From a virus (Duplodnaviria > Caudoviricetes), in the IMG/VR virus record IMGVR_UViG_3300037961_002849, positions 1-55,547 of that record: a stretch of DNA of 55,547 nucleotides; one strand, 5' to 3'. The first letter of the stretch is position 1. Each line of letters begins with the position of its first letter. The notes beneath the pieces are model-generated. The model was given only the letters and a program-made list of their open reading frames with translations. It had not been told where the DNA came from and ran no database searches. Shown here one piece after another: positions 18,801-28,000 of this stretch. The position numbers and the translations under genes were made by a program.

Positions 18801-21800
18801 TGTTATCTCGATAAATTTTAATAACACGAGCTTGATGCTCGGTAGGCTCTAAATCATCGAATCGCTTCATCTCATTCACAAGTTGGCCGTCTATATCAAA
18901 CAACTTGTACTGAGAATACTTCTGAAACTTATCAGTGCTTTGAGGCTGAGCAAATCCAATGTTGCCGTAGTGAACATCTGGCGCAATGAAACCAATCTTC
19001 TCTAAACTCTCACTCATTTGGTAAGCATTATCTAAATAAGCTAATGCAAGATCAAACATCTCGAGTTTTGTAAATGGTATTGTAGAATCATATACCTCAG
19101 AATAATCATCTGGGAAATTCATTTCTGTGAATGCTCGCGCACCGCTTTCTATTATGTCTGCTAGATAAGTATACATAGATTCACTTACAGCGCCAGGAAT
19201 GGTACTGTCTGATCCAATATATTCTCTTAAAAAATTGTTTATTATTTCCCCAATTTCAAGAGGCGTGACAGTGCTCCCTTCTTCAGCAGTCATGATTGTC
19301 GGCACAAACTCTTTAATCTGATAAATCAAAGGCTCTGTCTTGCCGGTAGCAGAAACAGCAACATCATAATACTCTGCAAGGCCGGGTAGGTTTCCGTTAA
19401 ACTCACGCACATACACAGCGGAAGCTATTGTTTCTGTAACAGATTGAGCTTCTTTAACTACCACGTTGTTACCGCTAGCGTCTTTAACCAAGAATGCATA
19501 TCCAAAAGCTCCAGACCCTAGGACCTTCATCTCTGATAGGTCTAGGTTTCTATCTAAGGCAAAGTCTACCAGTCGAGCTCTGTCTCCATCATTAGCATCG
19601 CGCTCTTGACGCATTGCCTTACCCGGATTATTGTTCGGGTTTTCTTTGATTCGTTTAGCGATATCAAGGATATATATCTTCTGACCGCTACGATATCCCT
19701 GCGTTACTCTTTCTACTAAGTTTACGAGCTCATTCTCGCTCTTGAGTTTGAAACTAGAGAGCTTGCCAGATAATATTTTATTTATAGCACGTCTAGACTT
19801 ACCCTTAAATGTTGCATCAAGCTGATTTAAGTTGTCGTTTATGTCTGCTATAATACCAACGATCACCTCTTCCTCCGCAACAGCTATGGCGTGTTCTTCG
19901 GAATGCCCTCTCTCTATATAAAATGTAACGTAGTCATTGAATCGCTCATCCATTTTTTGACGAAGAGATTCATTATTGATGCTTTGTAAATCGTTGTATA
20001 AAGAAGTGCGAACCCTTGGCTCTAGAACCATGATATTACGCAGACCTGCGTGAGCAAATTCCTCGCGGATCGCCGCAGTAGTTGCGTTGAACATAACGTG
20101 AATAGCTGGTCCACCTTCTCTTTCGTGCTCATAGAACGCTTCATAAGGGCCTCCAGTAGCACGCTGTAAAGACTGTTTTGTTCTATGAATGATAACACGG
20201 GGGGCTTCAGTGTACTTATCTGTAAACGCATTGTATGCGCTGTTAAGCATCTTCGCTATACGAGGGGTAACTCCGTGACGTTTTGGATTTACCGCACCAC
20301 CACGAATCTCTATAGAATTATCTATCTCCTCAGAAGCTTCTCTTGCTTGCTCTAGAGATGACGCTGCCTCCTCCGCGGCGCTTGGCGCTACTCGCTGGGC
20401 TGGCCTAGGAGCTGGCTCAACACTTGGTTGCGCTTCTGTTGCGGCAGGTTCATCAACCTCTGGTATAGATCGTTCTGCTGTTTGCTCTGCTGCGAACTCT
20501 CGTTCGGCTTGCTCAATGGCTTGTCTTGCTGTTTCATTGCTCTCAATTATTTGGTTAACTTTTGCTCTATCTGATGGGTTTTCTCTAGCTGATAATAATA
20601 TTTGATATGCAGCATCCATAGCATCTTGCCCGTATAGCTCAACTACTGCACCGCTTTCGTCTTTCATTTGCACACGAACACCGCGCTCTGCCTCTGCAGA
20701 AATAGCGGTTGGTGTTTCTAATGGTACAAACTGACCCCCACCAAATATAGATATCGCGTTTACCCCAACCTCTGGGTCAATGCTAAGTCTTGTGCCTTCT
20801 GCTATGTTCGGGTTATCTGGTTTTTGGTACAAGAAAGTACCGTCTTCTTGAACCGCTAATGTCTGACGTTCAGCAATCGCAGGCTCAAACATTCTAATAG
20901 TAGATGGGTCCACCTCGCTGCGCTGCCCAAGTTCTACTTTTTCTGTTTCAGTCTCAACCACCAATGTAGGATTCTCTGGAGTACCCTCAAGGCGGAGAGT
21001 ACCTTGTACCTCTGTCCCGTCTATAGGTCTTTCTGCGATAACCTCAGTGCCATCTTCAAGTGTATTGATAGTTATAGGGTCTACTGTAGAAGCGCCTTCT
21101 GCTACGGAGCGAGCTTCAGTAGGAACGACTGGTGTAGCCAACTGGTCCATGTCAATTGGGTCAATAGCTGGGGCAACTTCCTCAACTTCAAAGACACCAA
21201 AATTATCCATTAGGGTTACAATCTCAGCACCTAATCTTGATTTAAGTTTTGTATCTGTGGCCTCCCGCATTTCTTGTTGGAGGGAAAATATTTTTTGACT
21301 CTTGTCAATTAAATCTAATTGTTGATCTTGAGTCAGTTCTTCGAAAGCTCTAATGTTTGCATTGAGCATTTCGTATTTTTTATTTCTAAACTCTTTTAGG
21401 TCGTCTTTTAGGGTTTGCTTAGCTTCTTTGCCCCTTACTTTTTTAAGCTGGTCTTTAGTCTCTTGTATCTTTTGCTCTACTACTTGTACTTGACCATCAC
21501 CCATAAGTGAAGCAGCGGTTGTTATACTACTTCCGTTGGCTTTGTTTTTTTGCGCCCACTGAACATAGGTTCTCTCTGAAGTAGGTGTCATAAGTTCGTT
21601 ATAGCGTGAGCTTACAGCTCGAGTAGCTGCCGCAGGAGCTGCCATCACTGGCCCCCCGAGCGCTTCCATAACAATATCAAGACCCGATGTAACTTCCCCT
21701 TCTTCAGCAATCTGACCGGCAGTTTCACCTAATGCACCACCAGTAGCGTCAACTAATATTTCTGCTCCTGCAGCCTTCATTACGCTACCGCCAGCTTTTC

Positions 21801-22818
21801 TTACAGCTTGTGCGGTTGTCCCCCCAGCTCCGGCCAATAATGCGTCAACAGAAGCAATAATAGCTGCGCGCACTTTCCTGCGCTCCATTGCATCATGAAT
21901 TTTTTTTAAGCCCTCTTCTGACTCAAATGTCTTTGCGATTTCTTCGGGGTCGGTTGTGTCGATGTGTAGTTCTTCCATTGCCATACTTATGGCCTCAGAC
22001 ATCTCAAGGGCATAAGACCCTGCAAATGCTGTCCCCGTGGCCAAACCAACACCAGTACCTATAAGATAACCCGCGGGTACAGTAATCTCAGCAAGTGGAC
22101 CACCAGCAAGACCACTAGCAACTCCAACAGCCTGGCCTTCGGCAACACTAGCGGATACTGTTTTAAGCGCCCCCTCACTAGCAAAGCCCGAGACTACAGA
22201 AGAGAAAAAATTACCAAGCAATTCTGGGAGAACAACATTTGTAATTCCGGACACACTGCCAAAAGAAGCCCAAGTCAATGGGTCTTTTTCGTTTCTGTAT
22301 TTTTCTTGAAGCTCGTTGTAATAAGCTAATCGCTCAGCAGCATCTATATTATTCTCTGGATCGCCATCTAATAAATCCTCTTTAGCACCAGTAGCCAATC
22401 CAGTGGCTACAAAGTTATTATACCATCTAGCAGCGCTGCCAAACCAGTCGTCTCTTTCTACAAACCAGTCGTCAGCAATAAGTGCATGACGATATTCTCT
22501 ATCGTTTATTTCTTGGGGCTTATTATTGGGGGCTGAGCTTTGTACAAACCTTTCTTCTAAAAGGTCATCCGAGAAATTTGTAAAGTCAGACTTTTGCTCG
22601 TATGATAAGTCCAAACCAGTATCTTCCAATCCAAAATCCGTAGTAGGAGTGACTTGGGGCGGTAGTTGAGTTTGAACTTTTTTTTTACTAAAAGATTCTA
22701 GGGCACGAGTTACTTCATCATAAGAAAACCCATTATCAATACCCATTGCGAACAAGCGGTCCTCGCTGTATCCACTATCAAAGCCGCTCTGCAATAACTG
22801 CAGTAATTCCTCGTTCAT
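12844..22818 (-). CDS. Giant virion/ejection polyvalent protein (hydrophobic segment, zincin-like domain, 2 protein kinases, glycosylase-like domain, LPD-like C-terminus)
   Basis: 3324 aa at the end of the structural operon. Motifs are detailed in the findings. Confidence 0.8.
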   Translation of the reverse strand: MNEELLQLLQSGFDSGYSEDRLFAMGIDNGFSYDEVTRALESFSKKKVQTQLPPQVTPTTDFGLEDTGLDLSYEQKSDFTNFSDDLLEERFVQSSAPNNKPQEINDREYRHALIADDWFVERDDWFGSAARWYNNFVATGLATGAKEDLLDGDPENNIDAAERLAYYNELQEKYRNEKDPLTWASFGSVSGITNVVLPELLGNFFSSVVSGFASEGALKTVSASVAEGQAVGVASGLAGGPLAEITVPAGYLIGTGVGLATGTAFAGSYALEMSEAISMAMEELHIDTTDPEEIAKTFESEEGLKKIHDAMERRKVRAAIIASVDALLAGAGGTTAQAVRKAGGSVMKAAGAEILVDATGGALGETAGQIAEEGEVTSGLDIVMEALGGPVMAAPAAATRAVSSRYNELMTPTSERTYVQWAQKNKANGSSITTAASLMGDGQVQVVEQKIQETKDQLKKVRGKEAKQTLKDDLKEFRNKKYEMLNANIRAFEELTQDQQLDLIDKSQKIFSLQQEMREATDTKLKSRLGAEIVTLMDNFGVFEVEEVAPAIDPIDMDQLATPVVPTEARSVAEGASTVDPITINTLEDGTEVIAERPIDGTEVQGTLRLEGTPENPTLVVETETEKVELGQRSEVDPSTIRMFEPAIAERQTLAVQEDGTFLYQKPDNPNIAEGTRLSIDPEVGVNAISIFGGGQFVPLETPTAISAEAERGVRVQMKDESGAVVELYGQDAMDAAYQILLSARENPSDRAKVNQIIESNETARQAIEQAEREFAAEQTAERSIPEVDEPAATEAQPSVEPAPRPAQRVAPSAAEEAASSLEQAREASEEIDNSIEIRGGAVNPKRHGVTPRIAKMLNSAYNAFTDKYTEAPRVIIHRTKQSLQRATGGPYEAFYEHEREGGPAIHVMFNATTAAIREEFAHAGLRNIMVLEPRVRTSLYNDLQSINNESLRQKMDERFNDYVTFYIERGHSEEHAIAVAEEEVIVGIIADINDNLNQLDATFKGKSRRAINKILSGKLSSFKLKSENELVNLVERVTQGYRSGQKIYILDIAKRIKENPNNNPGKAMRQERDANDGDRARLVDFALDRNLDLSEMKVLGSGAFGYAFLVKDASGNNVVVKEAQSVTETIASAVYVREFNGNLPGLAEYYDVAVSATGKTEPLIYQIKEFVPTIMTAEEGSTVTPLEIGEIINNFLREYIGSDSTIPGAVSESMYTYLADIIESGARAFTEMNFPDDYSEVYDSTIPFTKLEMFDLALAYLDNAYQMSESLEKIGFIAPDVHYGNIGFAQPQSTDKFQKYSQYKLFDIDGQLVNEMKRFDDLEPTEHQARVIKIYRDNINTASRNIREESSTDVFYSDGPSENKFSAKYFYEQAGLDIITPTMIKSILDAEGVSISDAESVGEPGSDAIRKILDTLGVVNLMHSEQDNRFMRVMHNRLFFVDESTSSKAFRLAVNGDDFIDYRGRVSEKIQEIINEYRVESAQSAEQKSTPTTANRARLEEYMLSQGMAISKVRRLGDGAYGVAYEVETLDGKTVVKQTRSLRESQISAIYLNKYNGKLPGLAKYHGMGAMFLDAADTFMGTGSHVFVTKDYVDIKTDKFDRGVDVTAQDIYRLIVRAIHDVYYKSFSLVETIGPSPGDIYETAIDIAKTENVGLHLLAVMQDEEASRALNDILEKDGFTRSADNPIGRAERDGRMTIDDLVGYAMNIWQMTGSMAKLGIAAPDLHDFNVGFSKTQTTINGFPMFEVFDIDGHQSNHMLMGNESTIARNLFFKNEVSEGTKNKFIPQYATIKDEAIITQHDVLHKPKDGYNLREDLRLPDVNPISIEVDPARDLVTQSGYGIQIPYVDGTSLFAAYRDNSSIPFSAGVIAEELTKNIDEPGLKDMISRFETPLFEPESIQTRFQGIFEQRAKQEAEILQSLKDKLDYMQNGNRARLDDKIVAQAVDKVGAGSRVSPARNTSASADNTTNFDGSRQITMEYTKEFAPKVYVRGAYILSTHTFMSDIKDAKKLDIKREPTDAEITRADEIYKTFVDRATRNLIKLHDSFSEDVRKYSKLWYVGANLTAQDLAVRYGYTQEQAAGILAALSPQKDWYQNIALGESVMRVMSSQKDTEFSKSMYNTALRNMRKVKNKILNQQDFKRKATKEAYKSYLKRKAVLQGMVGKSLREIIEGDNAALESAMFVRTYNEMFEDRNYHIVSPIGERIGYGKKANGEMKTMAWGSYAEISSATSIAIDGTMENIDSKVGDQHKVRSFFNNINDPNSDTGDVTIDTHAVAAAELLPLSGSDAEVFHNFGGGTAAIDVKAGSSNLGIKGVYFAYAEAYRNAAEQKGLLAREMQSITWEAVRTLFTPGFKAQKKNKSDVRAIWQEYADGNISFDEAQDQVFERAGGIFYPEWYVDSGDRARLETKERRHARKMFKSLDPNVPFEASIRKDLAEDMSRFYEPQKIDQIKSELETMSIEELLAEMKDIAISDGDNPSVINDAMSSLAGGDFRVLATLEYLKRLQNQGKTKEYRAVLKRFFETGTAVGQLLRQFAEVKGQTPAGMKDLVDNIYEANGTTLSDSEYETMGGIVDELFDAQQDVQSLIKELSETSETNKIPAIEDRLEDARNRVSEATSKLNDFNTNFATTWGRLIGLIIQGNLLTPVSQLVNITANLATLPIMLADKTLGYGAEVLIRGIKKSMGREVDPSLATLPPSIPAAIHAAKQFGVGAREAYLSAIGRAIANDKFEYNMQLQLAPIKAFGMILANSDRLPDSVKNGTKLNEINFRAKKFLEAVGGGPANIMFRLLAFGDMPFYRLMEGYELHRIGKSLGLKGEELNRFLKYPNEEYKARAEKAGLRVTFQEDNQFATAINKSIAKASDILGERSTFLENAFRVMVRMHIPYIKTPANILSQSIQLAHPVMPLLSLVLKKTIRGGKKVSDRELSELLAKSFISWLLYKTTQKLMEDGLITTPIDADGKKERDMKYSTAPPNSINISGVKRLINGEDPTLQADDVWFNYQKLGLGGAVIAAQAVGIKAVMRDAQMDAKVLNRSDNFMDFISDITGVVPGVLGSMMDQSFLTGIDGVIKLLADPNERQLTKYLDNIMRAGFSVVLPNSLSAFYRSGREYLPDYRDPNPGIDNSMENILRDKTFNFFGLGESVVPRVNIWGESITQTPEGGGSLFFDSDKEYPWLYNTFGVFKSRISSKDPVKIDIYNLFKETGDTDVIPGYPSAVGKLKILLTKQESAYYGLNVNEPNYISIMPKDAHAMMKSFGQARYKDVKRLVTSPAYQKMNNSQKISALKSIYNRHSRGTYTGGVYPWRAYRDGIVRNYFLDLEDN

Positions 22819-22826
22819 CTAGTATG

Positions 22827-24209
22827 TTATTGTGGGGGCATCGGAGGTCCCGGAAGCGAAGACTTTTCTTCGTCAACTAATTCTATCTTAGCCCCTTGGT
22901 TTAACGCATTTTGTTTTTTAAGTGCATTCACATAAGCGGCGTATTCTTTACGCCCCTCTGTCCCAATAGGTCTGATAACTCTACTTACGTTCTGATAACG
23001 AGTTTTCTCGTCCCAACCCATCACTGGAGTATTGCTTATTTCTCCGGTGCTAGGGTCTTGATAATATGCAGTTGCGACATTTTCCTTAACAACAATCCCC
23101 GTTTCACCCTCAAGTCTTGCTGCGCCTAGCACAACTCTTTGGTAAGTAGGGGTGGCTTCTTGTCCTGGATCAGCCTCAATCAATACCTTAATTGGTTTTT
23201 CAAAGGTAGGGATTTTTGCTTTTAATTCTGTGGTAGTCTTTGTTTTAGAATCATAGTCATAATCCTCTTTGACAAATGTCACCGTGTCAGAGCCATCATA
23301 GCTTACACCAGCATTTTCTTCATCTCTTCTTCGTGAGTTAATAGAACTAGCCTGGCTCCACGCTTGATCCATATACATCTGACGAGCTTCAGCCATTTTT
23401 GCTGGGTCGCCTAAAATATCTTGAATTCCAAGACCTATATCTTCTTGCCCATAATCTCTTAGAGACATCAAAGCAGCTGCCGAATAGTTTAAGCTTTGTC
23501 CATTAGAGTTGTTAGCGTTAAATCTAGCGGTCAAAGTGTTCATGAAATCTTCCTTGCTTCTCCCGTAGTATAGCGCGGCGTTGCTATTCCCGTATTGTTC
23601 TGGAGCAACAACTGATGGGATCTTTGAGGTTGACTCAAAAACCAATGCATTATTAGGGTTAAACATAGGATCTTGCGAGGCCCTCATTGTGCTGCCAGCA
23701 CCAGTACCGCTAACAACAACAGTTCCTAGTTCAGCATCCCATCTAGGAGCAGTTTCATATCCTTTATAGCGGTCATTAAACTGCATGCTCATGCTCTCTG
23801 GTGTGGTGGTAAATTTTTCAGAATTACCTAGCCCAGTAAGCAGTGTTGATCTATCTGCATTATACAGCCCCTCATGACGAGAAATGTATTCATTAGCTTC
23901 ACCAATTATACGGTTGATTGAGTTTAAATTTTCTTGCGTTGGATTTTCAGAATACTCTTCCAGAGCGATTTCATATCCGTCATGATACGCGGAAAAAACT
24001 TGCTGAGCCTTTTCAGACATAAATTTAACAGAACCCTCAGCGCTAGACATTGCTTTCTCAAATGCCCCTACCCTTGCAGCCGACTGCTTAGCTTCTCTAC
24101 GCTGCTCCTCAGCGCGCATAGAAGACATCTGTATTTGATCGCGGATACCTTGTACCGCTGCTCGAGTAGCTCCAGAGCTATAGTCTAGTGGTTGTGATAT
24201 TAAACTCAT
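22827..24209 (-). CDS. Putative internal virion/ejection protein
   Basis: Lies between the tail genes and the giant protein. Helical N-terminus. Confidence 0.55.
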   Translation of the reverse strand: MSLISQPLDYSSGATRAAVQGIRDQIQMSSMRAEEQRREAKQSAARVGAFEKAMSSAEGSVKFMSEKAQQVFSAYHDGYEIALEEYSENPTQENLNSINRIIGEANEYISRHEGLYNADRSTLLTGLGNSEKFTTTPESMSMQFNDRYKGYETAPRWDAELGTVVVSGTGAGSTMRASQDPMFNPNNALVFESTSKIPSVVAPEQYGNSNAALYYGRSKEDFMNTLTARFNANNSNGQSLNYSAAALMSLRDYGQEDIGLGIQDILGDPAKMAEARQMYMDQAWSQASSINSRRRDEENAGVSYDGSDTVTFVKEDYDYDSKTKTTTELKAKIPTFEKPIKVLIEADPGQEATPTYQRVVLGAARLEGETGIVVKENVATAYYQDPSTGEISNTPVMGWDEKTRYQNVSRVIRPIGTEGRKEYAAYVNALKKQNALNQGAKIELVDEEKSSLPGPPMPPQ

Positions 24210-25069
24210 TTTGCTGCGTCTTTTTCAAATCTATTAAGTAGCGTGGTAACGTATCTAGAAAGTGGTGACTTTTCTTGTTCAGCCAATTCTTTCATTTTCT
24301 TAGACTGTGTAGGATTAAATACATACTCACCCCCAGTAGCCTCTCCAATTTTTTTACCGTTTCTTACTAGGTCAATAGGGTTGTCTTCATGACTAAACTC
24401 CCCGGGGGTTAGCATTCCGCCTCGTTCAATACTGCCGTATCCACTCAGTTTACCGCTACTATCTTGATTGCTACTGCCTCCACCGCTTTTATTGCCACGG
24501 CTTGGATAGTAAATATCCATGTAGTCGCTATCAGAATAAGCGCCAACTGCCATAGTACCAGCTTGAGCTAGGTTATTGATAGCACTTGCTTGCATCTGTC
24601 TACCAGCTTGATAGCCCGCTTGAGCAGCCCCCAAATCAGTAAAGTAGCTTTGAGCACCAAACTGAGTATTTATCATATTAGTGCGCTGTTGAGCTCCAGC
24701 CAATCCTTCTAGTGCAGAAAGTTCTTGCTGCTGCGCTTGTGCTCCAATACCTGCAATTGTTGCGTCCGTTCTGCGCTGAGCTGCTGATAGACCCCCAATC
24801 AATGCGCGAGAACCGCCAGCCTGCAGAGCCGCAGCAGTATCGGCCATGCCTTGCTGCGCCTGCATAGTAGCAAGCTGAGCGCCTTTGTTTTCTTTGGCCT
24901 TCATATATAGGTCAAAGTATTCTTGCGGCGTCTCCATTTTAGGGATGCCGGCAGAGCGAATCTCTTCCTCTCGTCTTTCTGCTTTCTTAGCTTCTGCTCG
25001 ACCAGAGAGGTATTGAGCTCCCGCTGAAACCCCTTGGATTATAAGCATTCCGGTTACTGGATCTATCAT
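24206..25069 (-). CDS. Putative ejection/pilot protein
   Basis: Ala/Gln/Gly-rich, with C-terminal GG..TPGEFSH..NPID..GEATGGEY motif. Confidence 0.6.
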   Translation of the reverse strand: MIDPVTGMLIIQGVSAGAQYLSGRAEAKKAERREEEIRSAGIPKMETPQEYFDLYMKAKENKGAQLATMQAQQGMADTAAALQAGGSRALIGGLSAAQRRTDATIAGIGAQAQQQELSALEGLAGAQQRTNMINTQFGAQSYFTDLGAAQAGYQAGRQMQASAINNLAQAGTMAVGAYSDSDYMDIYYPSRGNKSGGGSSNQDSSGKLSGYGSIERGGMLTPGEFSHEDNPIDLVRNGKKIGEATGGEYVFNPTQSKKMKELAEQEKSPLSRYVTTLLNRFEKDAAK

Positions 25070-25086
25070 AATAGTATACTATTTTA

Positions 25087-25094
25087 CAAATTTA
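25087..25094 (-). promoter_or_regulatory. -7 box TAAATTTG
   Basis: Intergenic, upstream of the ejection genes. Confidence 0.55.
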
Positions 25095-25098
25095 ATAA

Positions 25099-28000
25099 TT
25101 ATCTCTGATTCAACGCCGAGTGCATAGGGCTGTCAACAAAAATAGTGTTAATACCATAAAGCTCTGATTTTGAATCGTGTACTGAATTAGTTAGTTCAAC
25201 TTTAGCGTAGTAGTCTCTTAATGCATCACCCTCATCTTTCGCGGTAAGTTTTGCTACAAGTATCTTACCCTCTTCTGAAGAGCTTAGCGCAGTGTTGGTA
25301 GTTATTTTTTTAGAACCATCAATACTTGATATCGTTGCATTAAGGTTTGTCATAGTAGTGCCGTCTACCTTGTGCAAGGCTGCTCCCAAAGGAATAGGCA
25401 TTCTATTTATTCTGTTATCAAATGTTACCGCAGTACCAGTAACATCATCTACTGTGCCAATGGTAATGTAGTTAGCGGTAGATGCTGTGGTATCTCTAGG
25501 TATTGCCGCATAGTAACCACGCTCTCTCTCATCAAAATCACCAGTAGCAATACTCGTGGTTTGGTCTGAGGTAGACACAGTTGCCGACCATAAAGAGTCT
25601 CCTTCTATAGATAGCGCTTGAAATGCTTTGACCATGGATGGGTTTGCGTTTGCAACAATCGTAACCTTTGCGCTGTAGTTTGACCCATAGAAATTGCCGT
25701 AGCTTGAGCTAGCACCATGCTTCCACATGATTTCGGTCTGACCGCTAACCGTAACGGGTTTAAAAGAAAAGAAGGTATCATTCAAGTGGGCGTACATATG
25801 TGGCGAGAAAGAATAAAAAGATGTAAACACGCGCTTGTTATGGCTGTAGGCCAAAGTAAAGCCCGTATAGCTTCCTCTATCCTTACTAGTTAATACGTAT
25901 TCAGAATTATCTGGGTCGAATCCAGCTACGATATCCATTTCTGTTTTACCGCTTTGGGTGAGATATGTAGAGAAATTTTTATCAAAGAAAGAATCCATAT
26001 TAGGATCGCTGATAGGAGTAATGCCGTCTCTTGAAATACGAAGCACTCTTTGAGCCTTAACGTCAACAAAGTACATCATTCCAAATCGCTCTACAACAGC
26101 AGCAGGATAGCCACTAGAACCAAAATCTCCAGCGTAATAGTTTGGCGTACTAAATACTACATTAGAAACAACAACATTTTGATCGCTCAAAGTCTCTAAC
26201 AAGTTTCTGTTTACCCCAACAATTCCGACCTTGTTTTCTTGAAACACATACAGCCTATCTGTCTGATCAACAAGTCGATCTATCTTACCGTGCCTAATCT
26301 CAAAGTCTGAGAAGTTGGCGGTAGTTGCATTAAAGCTGGACAAGCCCAAGACACTGCTATCCGCAATGAACGGGTCTGAATATGTAACAGAAGAGCGTCG
26401 GCGAACCTGCTTAGCGTCATCGTTTATAGCATGAGGCCTGCCCATTGAAGTTACAGCAGAGTCATAGAAGTCACTGGCTTTAGGAGACTCTACATATTTA
26501 CGAACGTATAGATACTCGTTATAAAGATCTTGGTCATACTCTGAATTAGACGTGTCGTATTTAGCCATAAGTAGGTCACGAGGTCTGAAATATACATCAC
26601 CGTCTGTAAGTTGAACAACTGGATACCCGCCATCGGTTGCATCTCCTACGTGTGCTCCGCCAGTAATGTTGTAGACCTCGCCAATTTCATGGTATATCGT
26701 GTCGTTGTTTACCGTATTAGGGGAAAGTATCTCCACGATAACTCTTTGACCCCAATCGTCACTTGACGCCTTAACCTTTGTAAGAGTAAAACCATTGTAA
26801 GTCTTGAGAGAATAATCTTCGTCCCTAATCACAACAAATGTAGATGCTCGGCTTGGGGTAACATCTGAAGCGTTGGTTATTACTTCTTTGCCCAATACTT
26901 TAAAAACCTGCTCGTCTATGTACTGCTGGGTTTGTGTTGAATCATTGAAGGAAATAATACGTAGTACATCTCCTTCTTTATACGTATACTCTAAATTAGC
27001 GCCCTTGTCATTTGAGTAAGAATCTGGACTTCCCTCAATAGGGAATATGTCTAAGAATATCTTTTCATCTGAATCTTTGTAGTGTGCGCCCGCAACACCA
27101 AACTGCATAAAGTTAGAGTAGGTTTCGTTGCCTCCGTATACTATCTGATATTTCTTTGCCCAAGAAGGAGGAGTGTGCTTGATCTTTAGATCGATTCTAA
27201 CCGCGCCGTGATTACTACCACGACCAGCGGCCTTGTATCCGCCAACATGTACACCGTCTATTTTCTGAACAAAAGAAGACCTTCCTTTCCCGTCATAATA
27301 TACGATACCAAAGTTATGAACAGCACTTGTTTTAAACGAAGTAATGCCAGCTTCGAAAGTGTCATCTGCACCAACAGATACGCTTATGGCGCTGGTATCA
27401 TATGTAAATTCCGAAGGTGTTAAAGTAACAACACTTGTAGCGTTGGTATCTGAGACAGTGTTATTGTTTATACGAACAGCTCTCAAACCGCTGACATAAG
27501 ATATCTGAAGCTTTAGCGAAGATAGCCTTAGGTTTATCCTTCTCTTACCCGTGCTTGAAAAACTGGTGTCTTTTTCTATGTTGACGTTTACCTCCGTGAA
27601 ATTTACAGCCGCTTCAACATCGTCGTTTAGGCTAGCCGAGCTACCCCCTCCAGAAACAGCGGTGACTATCCCGTTGACATTGTATACAAGTGAATTGCCT
27701 TGGGTAAATGTGTAGTTGATGTCAGACTCAGCAGCGAATGCATCAGCGACTGCATCTAGTATCTCATCCTTAGTCATCTCACTTCCTACTACTATAGTGT
27801 GGCTAAACACCTTGGAGGTAGTAAACGGAACGTCAATAAAACCACTACTGGCATTACCGTATCCAATACTACCAGTATTTGATCCAATATCAAAAGTATC
27901 AGTAAATAAAAATCCACTACTTTTCGTCAGTCTATACTTACCAGAAGACGTACCAGATAGAGTAGCCTTTAATCTAATGATAGAGCCTTTAGGGTAGCTG

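Noticed and set aside
17560-18905. FDIDG motifs resembling the DFDID catalytic loop of crAss virion RNA polymerase
   Set aside because: Both lack the first Asp and sit at the DFG position of complete kinase motif sets, so the giant protein is not called an RNAP.
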